Shown: positions 31,537-40,896, counted from the first letter of the stretch. The stretch: 64,000 nt of DNA from a virus (IMGVR_UViG_3300020156_000001:416348-480347); one strand, 5' to 3'. Numbers and translations: made by a program. Notes: a model not told the origin generated them from the sequence alone.

Positions 31537-31772
31537 TGGCTGTTATCGAAGTTCTTATCCAGTATCATGAACGCCAACGTCCTTGGCTTAAAAAGGAAGC
31601 GCGGGAGTTTATCGCGGACCTTTACCAGAAAAGCAACAAACCACAAACAGGTAAATGGACAATGGATTTTATCCATCGTCCAATAGGCGGTGACAGCTGG
31701 CAGCCCTACTTGTGTGTGACGTTTACAGATCTCGATGATATCGCCATGTTGTTCAAGTTGGGCATGGCATGA
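31536..31772 (+). CDS. FKL-motif family protein
   Basis: Ends VTFTDLDDIAMLFKLGMA. Confidence 0.75.
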   Translation: MAVIEVLIQYHERQRPWLKKEAREFIADLYQKSNKPQTGKWTMDFIHRPIGGDSWQPYLCVTFTDLDDIAMLFKLGMA

Positions 31773-32371
31773 AAAAGCGGTTCTCCATTAGTGAGCAATA
31801 CCGAGATTTCCGAATTGGATACCGTCGACAAGTTCAGCTTGCAATCGAGTTCTTCTTCACACTCGTTTACATCAAAGAATTTGCATGGGTTCGTCCCCCA
31901 CAATACAAGCGAATGCTTAGAGCAGGATTATGGACCAATGTGCCCAATATTCTCTTTATAGTCCATGCGCTTGTTACGGGAGAATTTATTGCAGTATGGG
32001 TGTTCATTATCATCTTCATATTCAATATGGCCGTGGTAAGCTTACAAGCAAATCTCACTTACCGTGATCACGTTTGTTGGTCTTCGTTTGCTGGCGTTAC
32101 TGTTAAAACAGAGCTGTTGAAGGTTGAAGAAACAGGAGGAGTCAACGTAAAGGAACTTTTTGCTAAGTTAAATTATTGTCACGAAAACTTCCGCTTTGGT
32201 ACGTGGGGGTTTAGGGACCCATCATATATGTTCAAGTTGCTGAGCACTGCGAACGAGGATGGCTTCACGTATCATGATATCTTCTACTATATCAGCCAGG
32301 GCAGAAATGAAGGTGAATTTGTTTTCCTTCGCAAAAAGGATGCAATGCAATTCAAACTAGCTTGGGCCTAG
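31769..32371 (+). CDS. FKL-motif family protein with TM hairpin
   Basis: Ends FVFLRKKDAMQFKLAWA. Confidence 0.75.
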   Translation: MKKRFSISEQYRDFRIGYRRQVQLAIEFFFTLVYIKEFAWVRPPQYKRMLRAGLWTNVPNILFIVHALVTGEFIAVWVFIIIFIFNMAVVSLQANLTYRDHVCWSSFAGVTVKTELLKVEETGGVNVKELFAKLNYCHENFRFGTWGFRDPSYMFKLLSTANEDGFTYHDIFYYISQGRNEGEFVFLRKKDAMQFKLAWA

Positions 32372-32426
32372 TTTTAGGTTGTGCATACCTGGTTCCACGT
32401 TTATAGTGGAATAAAAGGAAATGTGA

Positions 32427-32909
32427 ATGAAAATCTTTTGTGATCTCGACGGCGTACTTGTCGATTTTGAAGCTGGCTTCCTTCGCAACTTTGGCTTCGC
32501 GCACAATTCGGTTCCTGAGGGTGTGATGTGGAAACACATTATGAACCATGAACGGCACTGGCACGAAATGCCAATGATGCCTGATGGCCAAGTCCTTTGG
32601 GATTTTATCAAGCCTTTGGGACCAACAATCCTCACGGGTTGCCCACGTAGCGGTTACGATCATGCGGTTATTGGAAAGCGTTTCTGGGTAGAGGATCAGC
32701 TAAAGCCAAATCCGCCGGTTATCACTTGCCGCAGCAAGGACAAGCAAGTTCATATGAAAAACGCCGGTGACATTCTCATCGACGATATGAAGAAGAACAT
32801 TGACCGTTGGGTTGCCGCTGGTGGGGTTGGTATTCTCCATACATCCGCAGCAAGCTCCATCGCTCAGCTTCAAAAGCATTTGCAGGACAACAATGTGGAA
32901 CTTATTTAA
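32427..32909 (+). CDS. HAD-family 5'(3')-deoxyribonucleotidase
   Basis: CDLDGVLVDF, ILT and LIDD motifs. Confidence 0.85.
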   Translation: MKIFCDLDGVLVDFEAGFLRNFGFAHNSVPEGVMWKHIMNHERHWHEMPMMPDGQVLWDFIKPLGPTILTGCPRSGYDHAVIGKRFWVEDQLKPNPPVITCRSKDKQVHMKNAGDILIDDMKKNIDRWVAAGGVGILHTSAASSIAQLQKHLQDNNVELI

Positions 32910-32919
32910 GGGGTCTAAA

Positions 32920-33258
32920 ATGAACCGCATTAACATCAATGGCGTTGACATCGTTGGCGGCCGCAACATTAGTATTCGTGGCAATCGGGTTGTTGTTGAT
33001 GGCCAGGAAGTCAACGTAAACATCGGCGTTGGCCAGCAAGAATTGCACATCAAGGTACTCGAAGGTTCTATCGGGACTTTGGACGCAGGTGGCTCAGTAA
33101 GCTGTGAAAACGTTACAGGAAATGTTGACTGTGGCGGCTCTGCCAATGTAAGTGGAAACGTTGGCGGCAATGTTGATGCCGGCGGTTCGGTAAACGTTGG
33201 TGGCAACTGCTCTGGCTCTATTGATGCCGGCGGTTCGGTTAGAATTGGATCAAGATGA
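32920..33258 (+). CDS. Beta-solenoid repeat protein
   Basis: Four D[AC]GGS[VA] repeats of about 16-17 aa. Confidence 0.7.
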   Translation: MNRININGVDIVGGRNISIRGNRVVVDGQEVNVNIGVGQQELHIKVLEGSIGTLDAGGSVSCENVTGNVDCGGSANVSGNVGGNVDAGGSVNVGGNCSGSIDAGGSVRIGSR

Positions 33259-33551
33259 GCATCGACGAATACGGCTCATACAGTTTTGAGACTATTGGGC
33301 CTGGTTTTGTTGTTTTCAAGATTCAGACGGAGGATGAATATTCCCTCCGTCCACTTCTAGTCAAGCTAAAGCTGGCTCGTACGTATTCGGTTGCACCATA
33401 TCGCACCGCATATGAGTGGACTGATGATTTCAAAGAATTCCTAAAAGAGCAGGGATATTCCAGTCCACTTGATGTTGTTGCCCAGCTTCGCAAAGAAGGC
33501 TTGGTAATGAGCAATGCACAGGCGATGATTTTCCGCTTGCGCTTCTTATAA
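33255..33551 (+). CDS. FKL-motif family protein
   Basis: Ends VMSNAQAMIFRLRFL. Confidence 0.7.
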   Translation: MSIDEYGSYSFETIGPGFVVFKIQTEDEYSLRPLLVKLKLARTYSVAPYRTAYEWTDDFKEFLKEQGYSSPLDVVAQLRKEGLVMSNAQAMIFRLRFL

Positions 33552-33585
33552 CTGGTGTTAGACTCCTCAAGTAAAGGAGTCCACT

Positions 33586-34026
33586 ATGTTTGAAAAATTC
33601 TTCGAGAAACTAAGACAACGGCACGATGAGGAAAAGTTCAACGCGTCCGTTATTGACTCGATTGAATTCATTGTGGAAAACGATCCGCGTGTTCCAAACA
33701 TTGCTATCCATTTGTGTGGGTATACTCGCTCCTCTCCGCATGGTGCAAACATGAAAGCACATGCGTTTTATATTGGCGACAACATGTGGATAGGTCGCAC
33801 CTTTCGCATTAGCGATGCCGATGCTCATCTGATCATGCTGGCTGAACCTGATTCCCTTATGAAGGATGCCACTATTGTTTTCGACAACAAAGTTCTCATT
33901 AAGGGTTCGTGGACCAAACACGTTTTGGCTAAACTTGCTGACGCAGTAAAAGCGGCCAGCGATGAAAAGCTTCGTGTTGAGGCTTCAATGGAGGCACGGG
34001 ATCGCGCTCGTGCAAATGCCTACTAA
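33586..34026 (+). CDS. Hypothetical protein with an internal FKL-like helix
   Basis: AAGGAG SD; FRISDADAHLIMLA. Confidence 0.7.
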   Translation: MFEKFFEKLRQRHDEEKFNASVIDSIEFIVENDPRVPNIAIHLCGYTRSSPHGANMKAHAFYIGDNMWIGRTFRISDADAHLIMLAEPDSLMKDATIVFDNKVLIKGSWTKHVLAKLADAVKAASDEKLRVEASMEARDRARANAY

Positions 34027-34406
34027 TGCAGTTCTTCAACATTGGCGATGACTCCGGCGATATTGAGGTTCAATTCTCAATGCGCTTGTTCGAGTTCCTA
34101 AACCGGTTTGGGGACATTAACGCGATCGATCACAACTATAATATGACCAGTAGGTTTCGTTTCAATCCAATGAGCGATCATATGATCCTTATTGGTCCCG
34201 AACTTAAAGAGTTTATTAGCAAGGAAGCTGGCGGCTATTTGGCTCAGCGGGTACGGCAATCTCTTGTCAATGCGTGTCGAACTTTCAATGATCAAATGAA
34301 CGCATTGGAAAATCAACATAAGCCAAATATAAATCCAGCCAATACGATAGTTAGCTGGTATATGAGCCAAACCGACGCTACGCTTATGAAACTTAGGTTC
34401 GGTTGA
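34026..34406 (+). CDS. FKL-motif family protein
   Basis: Ends WYMSQTDATLMKLRFG. Confidence 0.7.
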   Translation: MQFFNIGDDSGDIEVQFSMRLFEFLNRFGDINAIDHNYNMTSRFRFNPMSDHMILIGPELKEFISKEAGGYLAQRVRQSLVNACRTFNDQMNALENQHKPNINPANTIVSWYMSQTDATLMKLRFG

Positions 34407-34430
34407 CAACATCTACACTGGTGTTATACA
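34403..34430 (+). promoter_or_regulatory. Sigma70-type promoter
   Basis: TTGACA-N16-TATACA; the -35 overlaps a TGA stop. Confidence 0.65.
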
Positions 34431-34597
34431 GAGGGCTCCACTTCTAAAGGAACACCGTCATGTGGTACTGGCAGCGAATTATGGGAATATCCCACACCCT
34501 CTAAACGGGTGGCGCCAGACCTTTGATCCCCACTATATGAATATTGGAATCAGGCTGCCCACCCTGTTATAGTCTCTCTATAATCAGGAATTTCGTC

Positions 34598-35482
34598 ATG
34601 GGCGGTAATGCTTTTCCGCGCCTGGATCTCAGGCGTGTCCGGAGGGATCAACTCCTTCCAACAGTTCAACATGTGGTTGAAGTTCTCAACTACCCTGGGT
34701 TCACACTTGAATACGCGCTGGATAACCTCATGGGTTCCGCGGGAAAGCAAGCGGACTCTGGTGATCTAGATTTTGCAATGAACAACATGGCTCCTCGCTT
34801 TGTTGGTCAACCTGATTTGCCTGTGTTCTCGCTAAGGGACTTTGCTCGTCGTTGCCGTGAGGTTCTACCAAACGAACAAATGAGTACTAAGACTCTTAAC
34901 GGCGGCCAGTTTCAAAGTGCATGGCCCTTGTGCGGTGATCCCGCAAATGGTTACGTGCAGGTTGACTTCCTAAGTGGTGATCCTGAATGGCTCAAGTTTT
35001 CCCACTGGAGTCCAGGTAAAGACTTCTCTCCGTGGAAGGGAGTTTTTGTCAGCACTATGTATGGGGTTCTTGCAAAGCGACTAAAGGACTTTGAAGCGTT
35101 TGATTCCAATGGAGATCGTGTTGCCCGTGTTGGGTTTCACTTTGATTTGGAAAAGGGCTTGCACAGGAAGTGGAAGATGCAAAAGAGGGTTGGTCAAGGT
35201 GTAGCTGATGCCACTCCCGATGAAGTTGAAACTCGCTTTCCGGATTGTCCTAGACTTCCACGGCTGGGGTATTTGACGAATCCAACGGTGGTCCTAAGTG
35301 TGTTGTTTGAATCGCAAACAGAGCACCGAGACGTTGACACTTTTGAAAAGGTAGTGCATAAATTGCGGCAGAGATTTCCAGAGGAATTTGAGGACCTAAA
35401 GGATAGGTTTCTTGAAGCTCTTCAAAGGAGTGCAGCAAGGAATGAATACACTGTCGAGGAAATGGCGTCAGCGTTTGAATAA
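34598..35482 (+). CDS. Pol-beta superfamily nucleotidyltransferase
   Basis: MGGNAF start, GSAGKQADSGDLD and VQVDF catalytic pattern. Confidence 0.8.
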   Translation: MGGNAFPRLDLRRVRRDQLLPTVQHVVEVLNYPGFTLEYALDNLMGSAGKQADSGDLDFAMNNMAPRFVGQPDLPVFSLRDFARRCREVLPNEQMSTKTLNGGQFQSAWPLCGDPANGYVQVDFLSGDPEWLKFSHWSPGKDFSPWKGVFVSTMYGVLAKRLKDFEAFDSNGDRVARVGFHFDLEKGLHRKWKMQKRVGQGVADATPDEVETRFPDCPRLPRLGYLTNPTVVLSVLFESQTEHRDVDTFEKVVHKLRQRFPEEFEDLKDRFLEALQRSAARNEYTVEEMASAFE

Positions 35483-35494
35483 GAAGATGCGCGG

Positions 35495-35998
35495 ATGAGC
35501 AAAGCCGCCCGCGCATTTTCCCACAACAATTCCGAACGTTTTGCCGGCCGTAATCCATTTCCGGCAAAGTCTCGAAAACCGCCTGAACCTCGCCCAGTTG
35601 AGCTTTATAATCCAACCGTCTGGTCCAACTACGATCAATTTACGGAAAAGCCACAACTGATACCCCTCGACTGGTTTATGCCGCCGGGGTACGAAGACTA
35701 TAGTCAGACTTTTGCTTATCAAATAGTAGAAGCTTTTGGTGATTTCTATTTGGATCAAATCAAACCTTGGCTGGATGAGAACGATATTACCAAGGTTCGC
35801 TTTCTTAACGTAAGGAAGAAAATCTCCAGCAATGGCATTACCAGGTTGATGACTATTCGGGGTGAGATTCAGCCACCAATTATGGAAAACCCAGACTCTA
35901 CCGTTTGGGTTGAGACGCCATGGGAACACGAATTCATAAGTGTTGGTGTTAAGTTTAAGGATCCCCAACACTACTTGATGTTCAAGCTGAGGTTCTGA
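35495..35998 (+). CDS. FKL-motif family protein
   Basis: Ends VKFKDPQHYLMFKLRF. Confidence 0.75.
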   Translation: MSKAARAFSHNNSERFAGRNPFPAKSRKPPEPRPVELYNPTVWSNYDQFTEKPQLIPLDWFMPPGYEDYSQTFAYQIVEAFGDFYLDQIKPWLDENDITKVRFLNVRKKISSNGITRLMTIRGEIQPPIMENPDSTVWVETPWEHEFISVGVKFKDPQHYLMFKLRF

Positions 35999-36477
35999 TG
36001 GAAATCGTCAAGGAAGATATGCTTGATCTAAAAGTTGGGTTTGCACTTGCCGACCGCAAAAACGAATTGTGGCGAATCCGTATGACTTTCATGGCTACAG
36101 TTCCAATCTTACTCATGTTGATCACAGGTTCGCTGGTCAAACCATTTGAGATTGGTATAATCGCGGGTTGGCTATTCAGCTTGTTTTGTGTGGCTATCCT
36201 AATGCTACCAATACGATTGGCTTGGCGAATGTACTTTGGGCTCGAGTACCCTTATAACAATCATCACAAGCACAAGTGGGTTTACAACAAAAACGCGGTC
36301 GCACTTATGGTAGACATAAGTGGTGAAGACTATGGTGAGAAGTGGCGACGAGTCCGAAAGGATCTTGACACTTCAAAGTGGGTAATGTTCCGTAGTGATA
36401 GCGGCTGGGATGGAAATCGTAGGGTCTTCATGTTCAAGAGCCAAAGAGAAGCGATGTTGTTTAGGTTGATGATATGA
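35998..36477 (+). CDS. FKL-motif family protein, 2 TM
   Basis: Ends FMFKSQREAMLFRLMI. Confidence 0.75.
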   Translation: MEIVKEDMLDLKVGFALADRKNELWRIRMTFMATVPILLMLITGSLVKPFEIGIIAGWLFSLFCVAILMLPIRLAWRMYFGLEYPYNNHHKHKWVYNKNAVALMVDISGEDYGEKWRRVRKDLDTSKWVMFRSDSGWDGNRRVFMFKSQREAMLFRLMI

Positions 36478-36869
36478 CCACCAAGCATGAAGCCAGAGTT
36501 AAAGCGGAAGTTGCCGAAGCCCGAACACATATGTATGCGAGTGTAACGGTGTTGGTTGCGGTAATCGCAACGTGCTGGTATTTTATCGGCCTCCATCCAG
36601 CCACTATAATCGCAGTTTACTTGGCCATCACGTTTATTGGCTTTTTGCTGCTTAAACAAAACCATTCCTACTCATATGCGGAGTGGTTGCCACACTTTTT
36701 TAACAAGCCGTGGCTTTGGAGATCCGAATACATCTTTAATGCAATCAACCAAATTGATGATGAAAGCCTAAGCCGGCTTCCGGAAAGGTCTTGGATTCGT
36801 ATTGGCAGTAATGCGGTTGTGCTGAAGGATGCCGATACTGCGATGACTTTGAGGTTGATGCTTGAATAG
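36474..36869 (+). CDS. FKL-motif family protein, 2 TM
   Basis: Ends VVLKDADTAMTLRLMLE. Confidence 0.7.
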   Translation: MTTKHEARVKAEVAEARTHMYASVTVLVAVIATCWYFIGLHPATIIAVYLAITFIGFLLLKQNHSYSYAEWLPHFFNKPWLWRSEYIFNAINQIDDESLSRLPERSWIRIGSNAVVLKDADTAMTLRLMLE

Positions 36870-37272
36870 CACAGAAGAACAGCTGGCGATCCAATTGGCG
36901 CAAACGGTGATTGATAACAATCACTGGGTTTTTCGTGCAGCTATCACAGGCTTCACTTTGTTATTGCTGCTGGATGTTGGCATGTTCTTTACCGGCTTAT
37001 CGTGGTTTGATGTTGTACCAATAGTAGTCGCCCACGTAGCGGCGATTATGTTCACGTACCATTTCATTCACCAACGTGCCGGGAAGAACTGGGAACAGCT
37101 CTGGATCTTTCGAACTGGTACTCCCGTATACATTAACACACTTGATACTCACGCTTACGAGTGGCTGTCTGAGAATGTTGATCGTGCTGATTACTATGAA
37201 GTTGCGTTGGGCGTTTTTGTTGTGCGTGATAAATCCGCAGCAACTGCCATTAAACTGATGAGGACGATTTGA
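36862..37272 (+). CDS. FKL-motif family protein, 2 TM
   Basis: Ends FVVRDKSAATAIKLMRTI. Confidence 0.7.
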   Translation: MNSTEEQLAIQLAQTVIDNNHWVFRAAITGFTLLLLLDVGMFFTGLSWFDVVPIVVAHVAAIMFTYHFIHQRAGKNWEQLWIFRTGTPVYINTLDTHAYEWLSENVDRADYYEVALGVFVVRDKSAATAIKLMRTI

Positions 37273-37505
37273 TGTTTGGGTGGTTTAAATCTTCAAAGAA
37301 GCACCCAATACGGGTAAGCTCAGAGCACCTGAAAATCATTTTTGTTTCAGGCGATTACATGTTTGTTCCATCCAAAGAGTTAAGCTTGTGGTTGCTCGAC
37401 TACAAGGACAAGTACGATTTCTTCTATGACGAAATGACGGGCGACTTGAGGATAGACTTTAAGGACCACAAGACTGCGGTCCTTTGCAAGCTTTCGTTTG
37501 CCTAA
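37272..37505 (+). CDS. FKL-motif family protein
   Basis: Ends IDFKDHKTAVLCKLSFA. Confidence 0.7.
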   Translation: MFGWFKSSKKHPIRVSSEHLKIIFVSGDYMFVPSKELSLWLLDYKDKYDFFYDEMTGDLRIDFKDHKTAVLCKLSFA

Positions 37506-37724
37506 TTACTTATAGCGGTAAACGATACGGCCCTTGGTAATATCGTAGGGCGATACTTCAACATCAACTTTGTCACCCAAAAGGATGTTGATGTTGTTCT
37601 TACGCATTTTGCCCGAGATATGCCCCAGTAGCAGGGATCCGTTTGTAAGCTCGATACGGAACGTTGTATTTGGAAGAACTTCCAAAATTGTTCCTGTGAA
37701 CTTAATGCACTCTTCTTTAGCCAA
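37506..37724 (-). CDS. infA: Translation initiation factor IF-1
   Basis: [36 protein letters not shown]; TTG start. Confidence 0.95.
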   Translation of the reverse strand: MAKEECIKFTGTILEVLPNTTFRIELTNGSLLLGHISGKMRKNNINILLGDKVDVEVSPYDITKGRIVYRYK

Positions 37725-37762
37725 AAGTCTTCTCTATATTAGGGATTAATAGTTAAAACTAT

Positions 37763-38176
37763 TTATTTTCTGTACTTGACTAGGCGTGGAAAAACAGCCT
37801 GATCGTCAAGCGCGGCTGGAATGATCCAACGCAAATTGAAAATTATGTTTGGCGGGAGTTTCAAGGGATCAATTGTGAAGATCTTTTCCGTCTCCACAGT
37901 TTTTACCAAGTCAACCTTATCAGAGAATGCCGTAAAGAAGTTAACCTCGAAGTCAGATCCTTCTAGTTTGAGTAGAAGCTTCCACTCACTGGGATCCGTT
38001 ACCACGCTGGTTTCCTCTTGAAACTCCCGCACCATTGCCGTTACAGGATTTTCGTCACCTTCAATTTTTCCACCGATCGCATTGAATAGACCAGCCTGCC
38101 ATGCGGGGCGATCCTTTAATACCAGCGCCAGCTTTGAACCCGAAGGGTTAAACATCAATCCTGCAACGTATTTCAT
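37763..38176 (-). CDS. Nudix hydrolase
   Basis: GGKIEGDE...AMVREFQEET. Confidence 0.9.
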   Translation of the reverse strand: MKYVAGLMFNPSGSKLALVLKDRPAWQAGLFNAIGGKIEGDENPVTAMVREFQEETSVVTDPSEWKLLLKLEGSDFEVNFFTAFSDKVDLVKTVETEKIFTIDPLKLPPNIIFNLRWIIPAALDDQAVFPRLVKYRK

Positions 38177-38177
38177 A

Positions 38178-38840
38178 TTATGCTCCTACGACGCGAATCT
38201 CGTCGCAAATGTTTAGCTCAAGTGCTTCTTCCGCAGAGAGCCAGATGTCATGCGGTGGAAGCAGCTTTTCGCGAATTACTTCCTCAGTGAGACCGGTTGT
38301 ACTTGTGTAGTGGTTCAGGATACGCTTGGTTGTATGTCCGAACTCTTTCATTACCGCGAGAAGTTCATGTTCCTTACCATAGCTGCCCCATGCCCACTGA
38401 TGGCTTAGAATTGCTGTATTTGGGGTAAGGATACGAAAGCCTTTACGGCCGGCAAGAAACGTAAGCAGACCACAGGAACTGATCTGGCCGATACCAATCG
38501 TGTGTACGGGCAAAGCAGAGCCACGAATTGCGTCGATAATTGCAAACGCGCTTGTTACTTCACCACCTGGGCTGTTGATGATCAACGTGAGGTGAGAGTA
38601 CTTGCGGTTGGGATCCAAGTTTGCTTCGAGGATCCAAGTTACCACACTCTTAGCAAGGCTTGCTGTAAAAGCTTCAGAGATAATGTAGATGCCACGGTCA
38701 CGAAGTGCTGGGCTGTCTTCTCGGCTAGCTGGGGTAGTTGTTGTTTGCGGAGCCATTACAGGACTTGTAAGGCTGTAGATAGGTGTGGTTTCCGCAGGAA
38801 CCTGATTGCCGTCGTTTCGGATGCTATTGCCTACGAACAC
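38178..38840 (-). CDS. clpP: ClpP-family protease
   Basis: INSPGG, GQISSCG (catalytic Ser), HQ, D.WLSAEEALE. Confidence 0.88.
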   Translation of the reverse strand: MFVGNSIRNDGNQVPAETTPIYSLTSPVMAPQTTTTPASREDSPALRDRGIYIISEAFTASLAKSVVTWILEANLDPNRKYSHLTLIINSPGGEVTSAFAIIDAIRGSALPVHTIGIGQISSCGLLTFLAGRKGFRILTPNTAILSHQWAWGSYGKEHELLAVMKEFGHTTKRILNHYTSTTGLTEEVIREKLLPPHDIWLSAEEALELNICDEIRVVGA

Positions 38841-38909
38841 TGGTTTCTCCTATGAACTGAATATTACCTAAATTAACAAATAGGAAGCACCAATGTCAAA
38901 ATTCAAAGT

Positions 38910-38937
38910 TTGACAGATTAGGTTTTTCAGCTATATT
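38910..38937 (+). promoter_or_regulatory. Sigma70-type promoter
   Basis: TTGACA-N16-TATATT. Confidence 0.7.
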
Positions 38938-38943
38938 TGTGGG

Positions 38944-39249
38944 ATGAGAAATCCAACGGCTGATCAAAGCAGATACAAGCATATAGAATCCAAGACTAAT
39001 TGGGGCGAGGATGACAGCCGACATGTGATTTCATTCCGGATGCAATGGTACCCTGATGAAAGGTATTTTAGCGACTTAGAGGTTGATGATTTTTCCAACT
39101 ATGCGATAGCTTGGTGTGAAGAAACATTTGGCCCAAAGTACACGCCCAACAACCCGTCAGGACGTTGGTATCATAGTAGAGATCGGCTAGGTTTCTATTT
39201 TAGAGAAAAGCAGCAAGCTATGCTTTTCAAGGTGGCTATGTGTGCCTGA
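38944..39249 (+). CDS. FKL-motif family protein
   Basis: WCEETFG...W...FYFREKQQAMLFKVAM. Confidence 0.75.
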   Translation: MRNPTADQSRYKHIESKTNWGEDDSRHVISFRMQWYPDERYFSDLEVDDFSNYAIAWCEETFGPKYTPNNPSGRWYHSRDRLGFYFREKQQAMLFKVAMCA

Positions 39250-39604
39250 TATTTGTCTAATTTATACGCCCTATGTTCCACTTTTTGTCACTAGGCTCTC
39301 AATGATGGGAAAAGAAGCTATTGAGCTAGATTATACGGTAAAGGATTTTCATCCTTTAGCTCACTTTCGTCCGCGTCATTGTTTAGTTGTGAACAAAGCT
39401 GGTAGTTTCTATCGCGAAGATTTAGTGCGCAACTTTATCGTTGATGCTGCTTTGTGGTTTCATGAGCGCGGCTACAAACCGCATATCGATTATTATGTAG
39501 ATGTTGGTACTGATCAGATCTATGTGCGTGAAATGACCGCGCTGGTTGCGTTCAAATTAGAATTTGGCGGGTATTGCGACTACACCTGCAGAAAGAAAGA
39601 CTGA
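39242..39604 (+). CDS. FKL-motif family protein
   Basis: IYVREMTALVAFKLEFG. Confidence 0.72.
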   Translation: MPDICLIYTPYVPLFVTRLSMMGKEAIELDYTVKDFHPLAHFRPRHCLVVNKAGSFYREDLVRNFIVDAALWFHERGYKPHIDYYVDVGTDQIYVREMTALVAFKLEFGGYCDYTCRKKD

Positions 39605-39606
39605 CG

Positions 39607-40038
39607 ATGCGAAAGCTTGTTACGGAGTGGCCACCAAAAGCCGATATCAGTGATTTTTCCCACTCATTTTTTGATACGTGGCAAGTAATCTCAAACCATA
39701 AAACTGGTAATGGCTTTTGGTTTCGTGGATTATCCGTGGGCAAATGTATCGTCAACTTTACCGACTTTAGCGCGGCCAACAACCGCAACACCGGCAACAT
39801 TCATTGGACTGCAAGCCCAGTTACCACAGAAATTGGTAACTGGTTTACCGAAACTATGGGCGAAGAATGGGATCGGTGGCACATCAAGATCTTTTCTCCC
39901 ATGTCGTATAATCCAAGCAATTGGTCTCACCGCATTATCATAAAGCCCGGCCATGAAGAACATGCCGAGGAAATCCGCACTGAAATTTATGTGCGTGAAC
40001 CCGTTGACTATTCGCTGTTCAAGCTGAGGTGGATGTAA
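39607..40038 (+). CDS. FKL-motif family protein
   Basis: WFTETMG...IYVREPVDYSLFKLRWM. Confidence 0.75.
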   Translation: MRKLVTEWPPKADISDFSHSFFDTWQVISNHKTGNGFWFRGLSVGKCIVNFTDFSAANNRNTGNIHWTASPVTTEIGNWFTETMGEEWDRWHIKIFSPMSYNPSNWSHRIIIKPGHEEHAEEIRTEIYVREPVDYSLFKLRWM

Positions 40039-40391
40039 TGGAAACACCATTTGTTTTTGATTATTTTGTCCGGCCGGAGCCCAACACGTTTACGTTCAAA
40101 ACGATGGCTTGTACGCCACCTAGCTTCTGCTTTGTTGTTGACGACGATTTTCCTAATTCAAGTGTGGTAACATTATCTGAATTTCCTGAACTCGCCCAAT
40201 TGTATAAGTGGTGCGCTGACACATTGGGCCTTGAATATATGGATTGGCTATTCCAGTTTTTTATCCATAGCCAAACCCATACACAACGCGATGACACCGG
40301 TGCTCGCAGAAGAATCCGTCAGGCTTTTGTCCAAGTCTGTATGAAAAATTCCGCAGATTTAGCCCTTTTTAAATTGCGTTGGTCTTCCTAG
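40038..40391 (+). CDS. FKL-motif family protein
   Basis: WCADTLG...VCMKNSADLALFKLRWSS. Confidence 0.75.
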   Translation: METPFVFDYFVRPEPNTFTFKTMACTPPSFCFVVDDDFPNSSVVTLSEFPELAQLYKWCADTLGLEYMDWLFQFFIHSQTHTQRDDTGARRRIRQAFVQVCMKNSADLALFKLRWSS

Positions 40392-40413
40392 TCCGCTATA
40401 AGTGGACTTGTAA

Positions 40414-40497
40414 GCGGGCGTGGTGAAATGGTAGACGCGCTGGACTCAAAATCCAGTATCGAAAGATGTGTCGGTTCGAGTCCGACCGCCCGCACCA
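40414..40497 (+). tRNA. tRNA-Leu(CAA)
   Basis: GCGGGCG/CGCCCGC acceptor stem, CTGGA-CTCAAAA-TCCAG anticodon arm, long variable arm, GGTTCGAGTCC T arm, encoded CCA. Confidence 0.95.
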
Positions 40498-40506
40498 AAC
40501 TAGGAT

Positions 40507-40887
40507 ATGCTAATGGACCGGAAGCTTGAAATAGCAGAAATGCGCGTTGCTGATTTGGAGTTTCAGCTTCTGGATGCAGAAGAACGCGTTCAGCAATGGA
40601 AAGATCTCCTGCAAAAGGAAGAAGCCAAAAACGAAGATCTTCGAGTTCGGGTCCAAACCGCAGCAAACATCCTTGAGGAAGCTGGACTTCGTAATAGTGA
40701 TGGCTCTCTCGTTTTTGACCAAGCCAAAATAAATCTAATACGCGAACGTATTGAGCGTGGCAGACATATGGAAATGTTTGTTGAGCTTAACAAAACAAAT
40801 CCACTGTTAAACGACGCGTGGAACAAATACATGCTGGCCCTTCGTTTGGTGGGCTTTGACGGTACAAATACTCCCGAAACAAATTAA
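40507..40887 (+). CDS. Coiled-coil hypothetical protein
   Basis: Heptad-rich N-terminal half. Confidence 0.65.
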   Translation: MLMDRKLEIAEMRVADLEFQLLDAEERVQQWKDLLQKEEAKNEDLRVRVQTAANILEEAGLRNSDGSLVFDQAKINLIRERIERGRHMEMFVELNKTNPLLNDAWNKYMLALRLVGFDGTNTPETN

Positions 40888-40896
40888 GAGACGACA

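Noticed and set aside
35979-40035. Shared 15-mer TGTTCAAGCTGAGGT at the ends of two FKL genes as a cassette recombination site
   Set aside because: Other members use different codons, so conservation is at protein level; no attC-like structure or integrase seen
40388-40666. Minus-strand 92 aa ORF
   Set aside because: Overlaps tRNA-Leu and a better plus-strand gene
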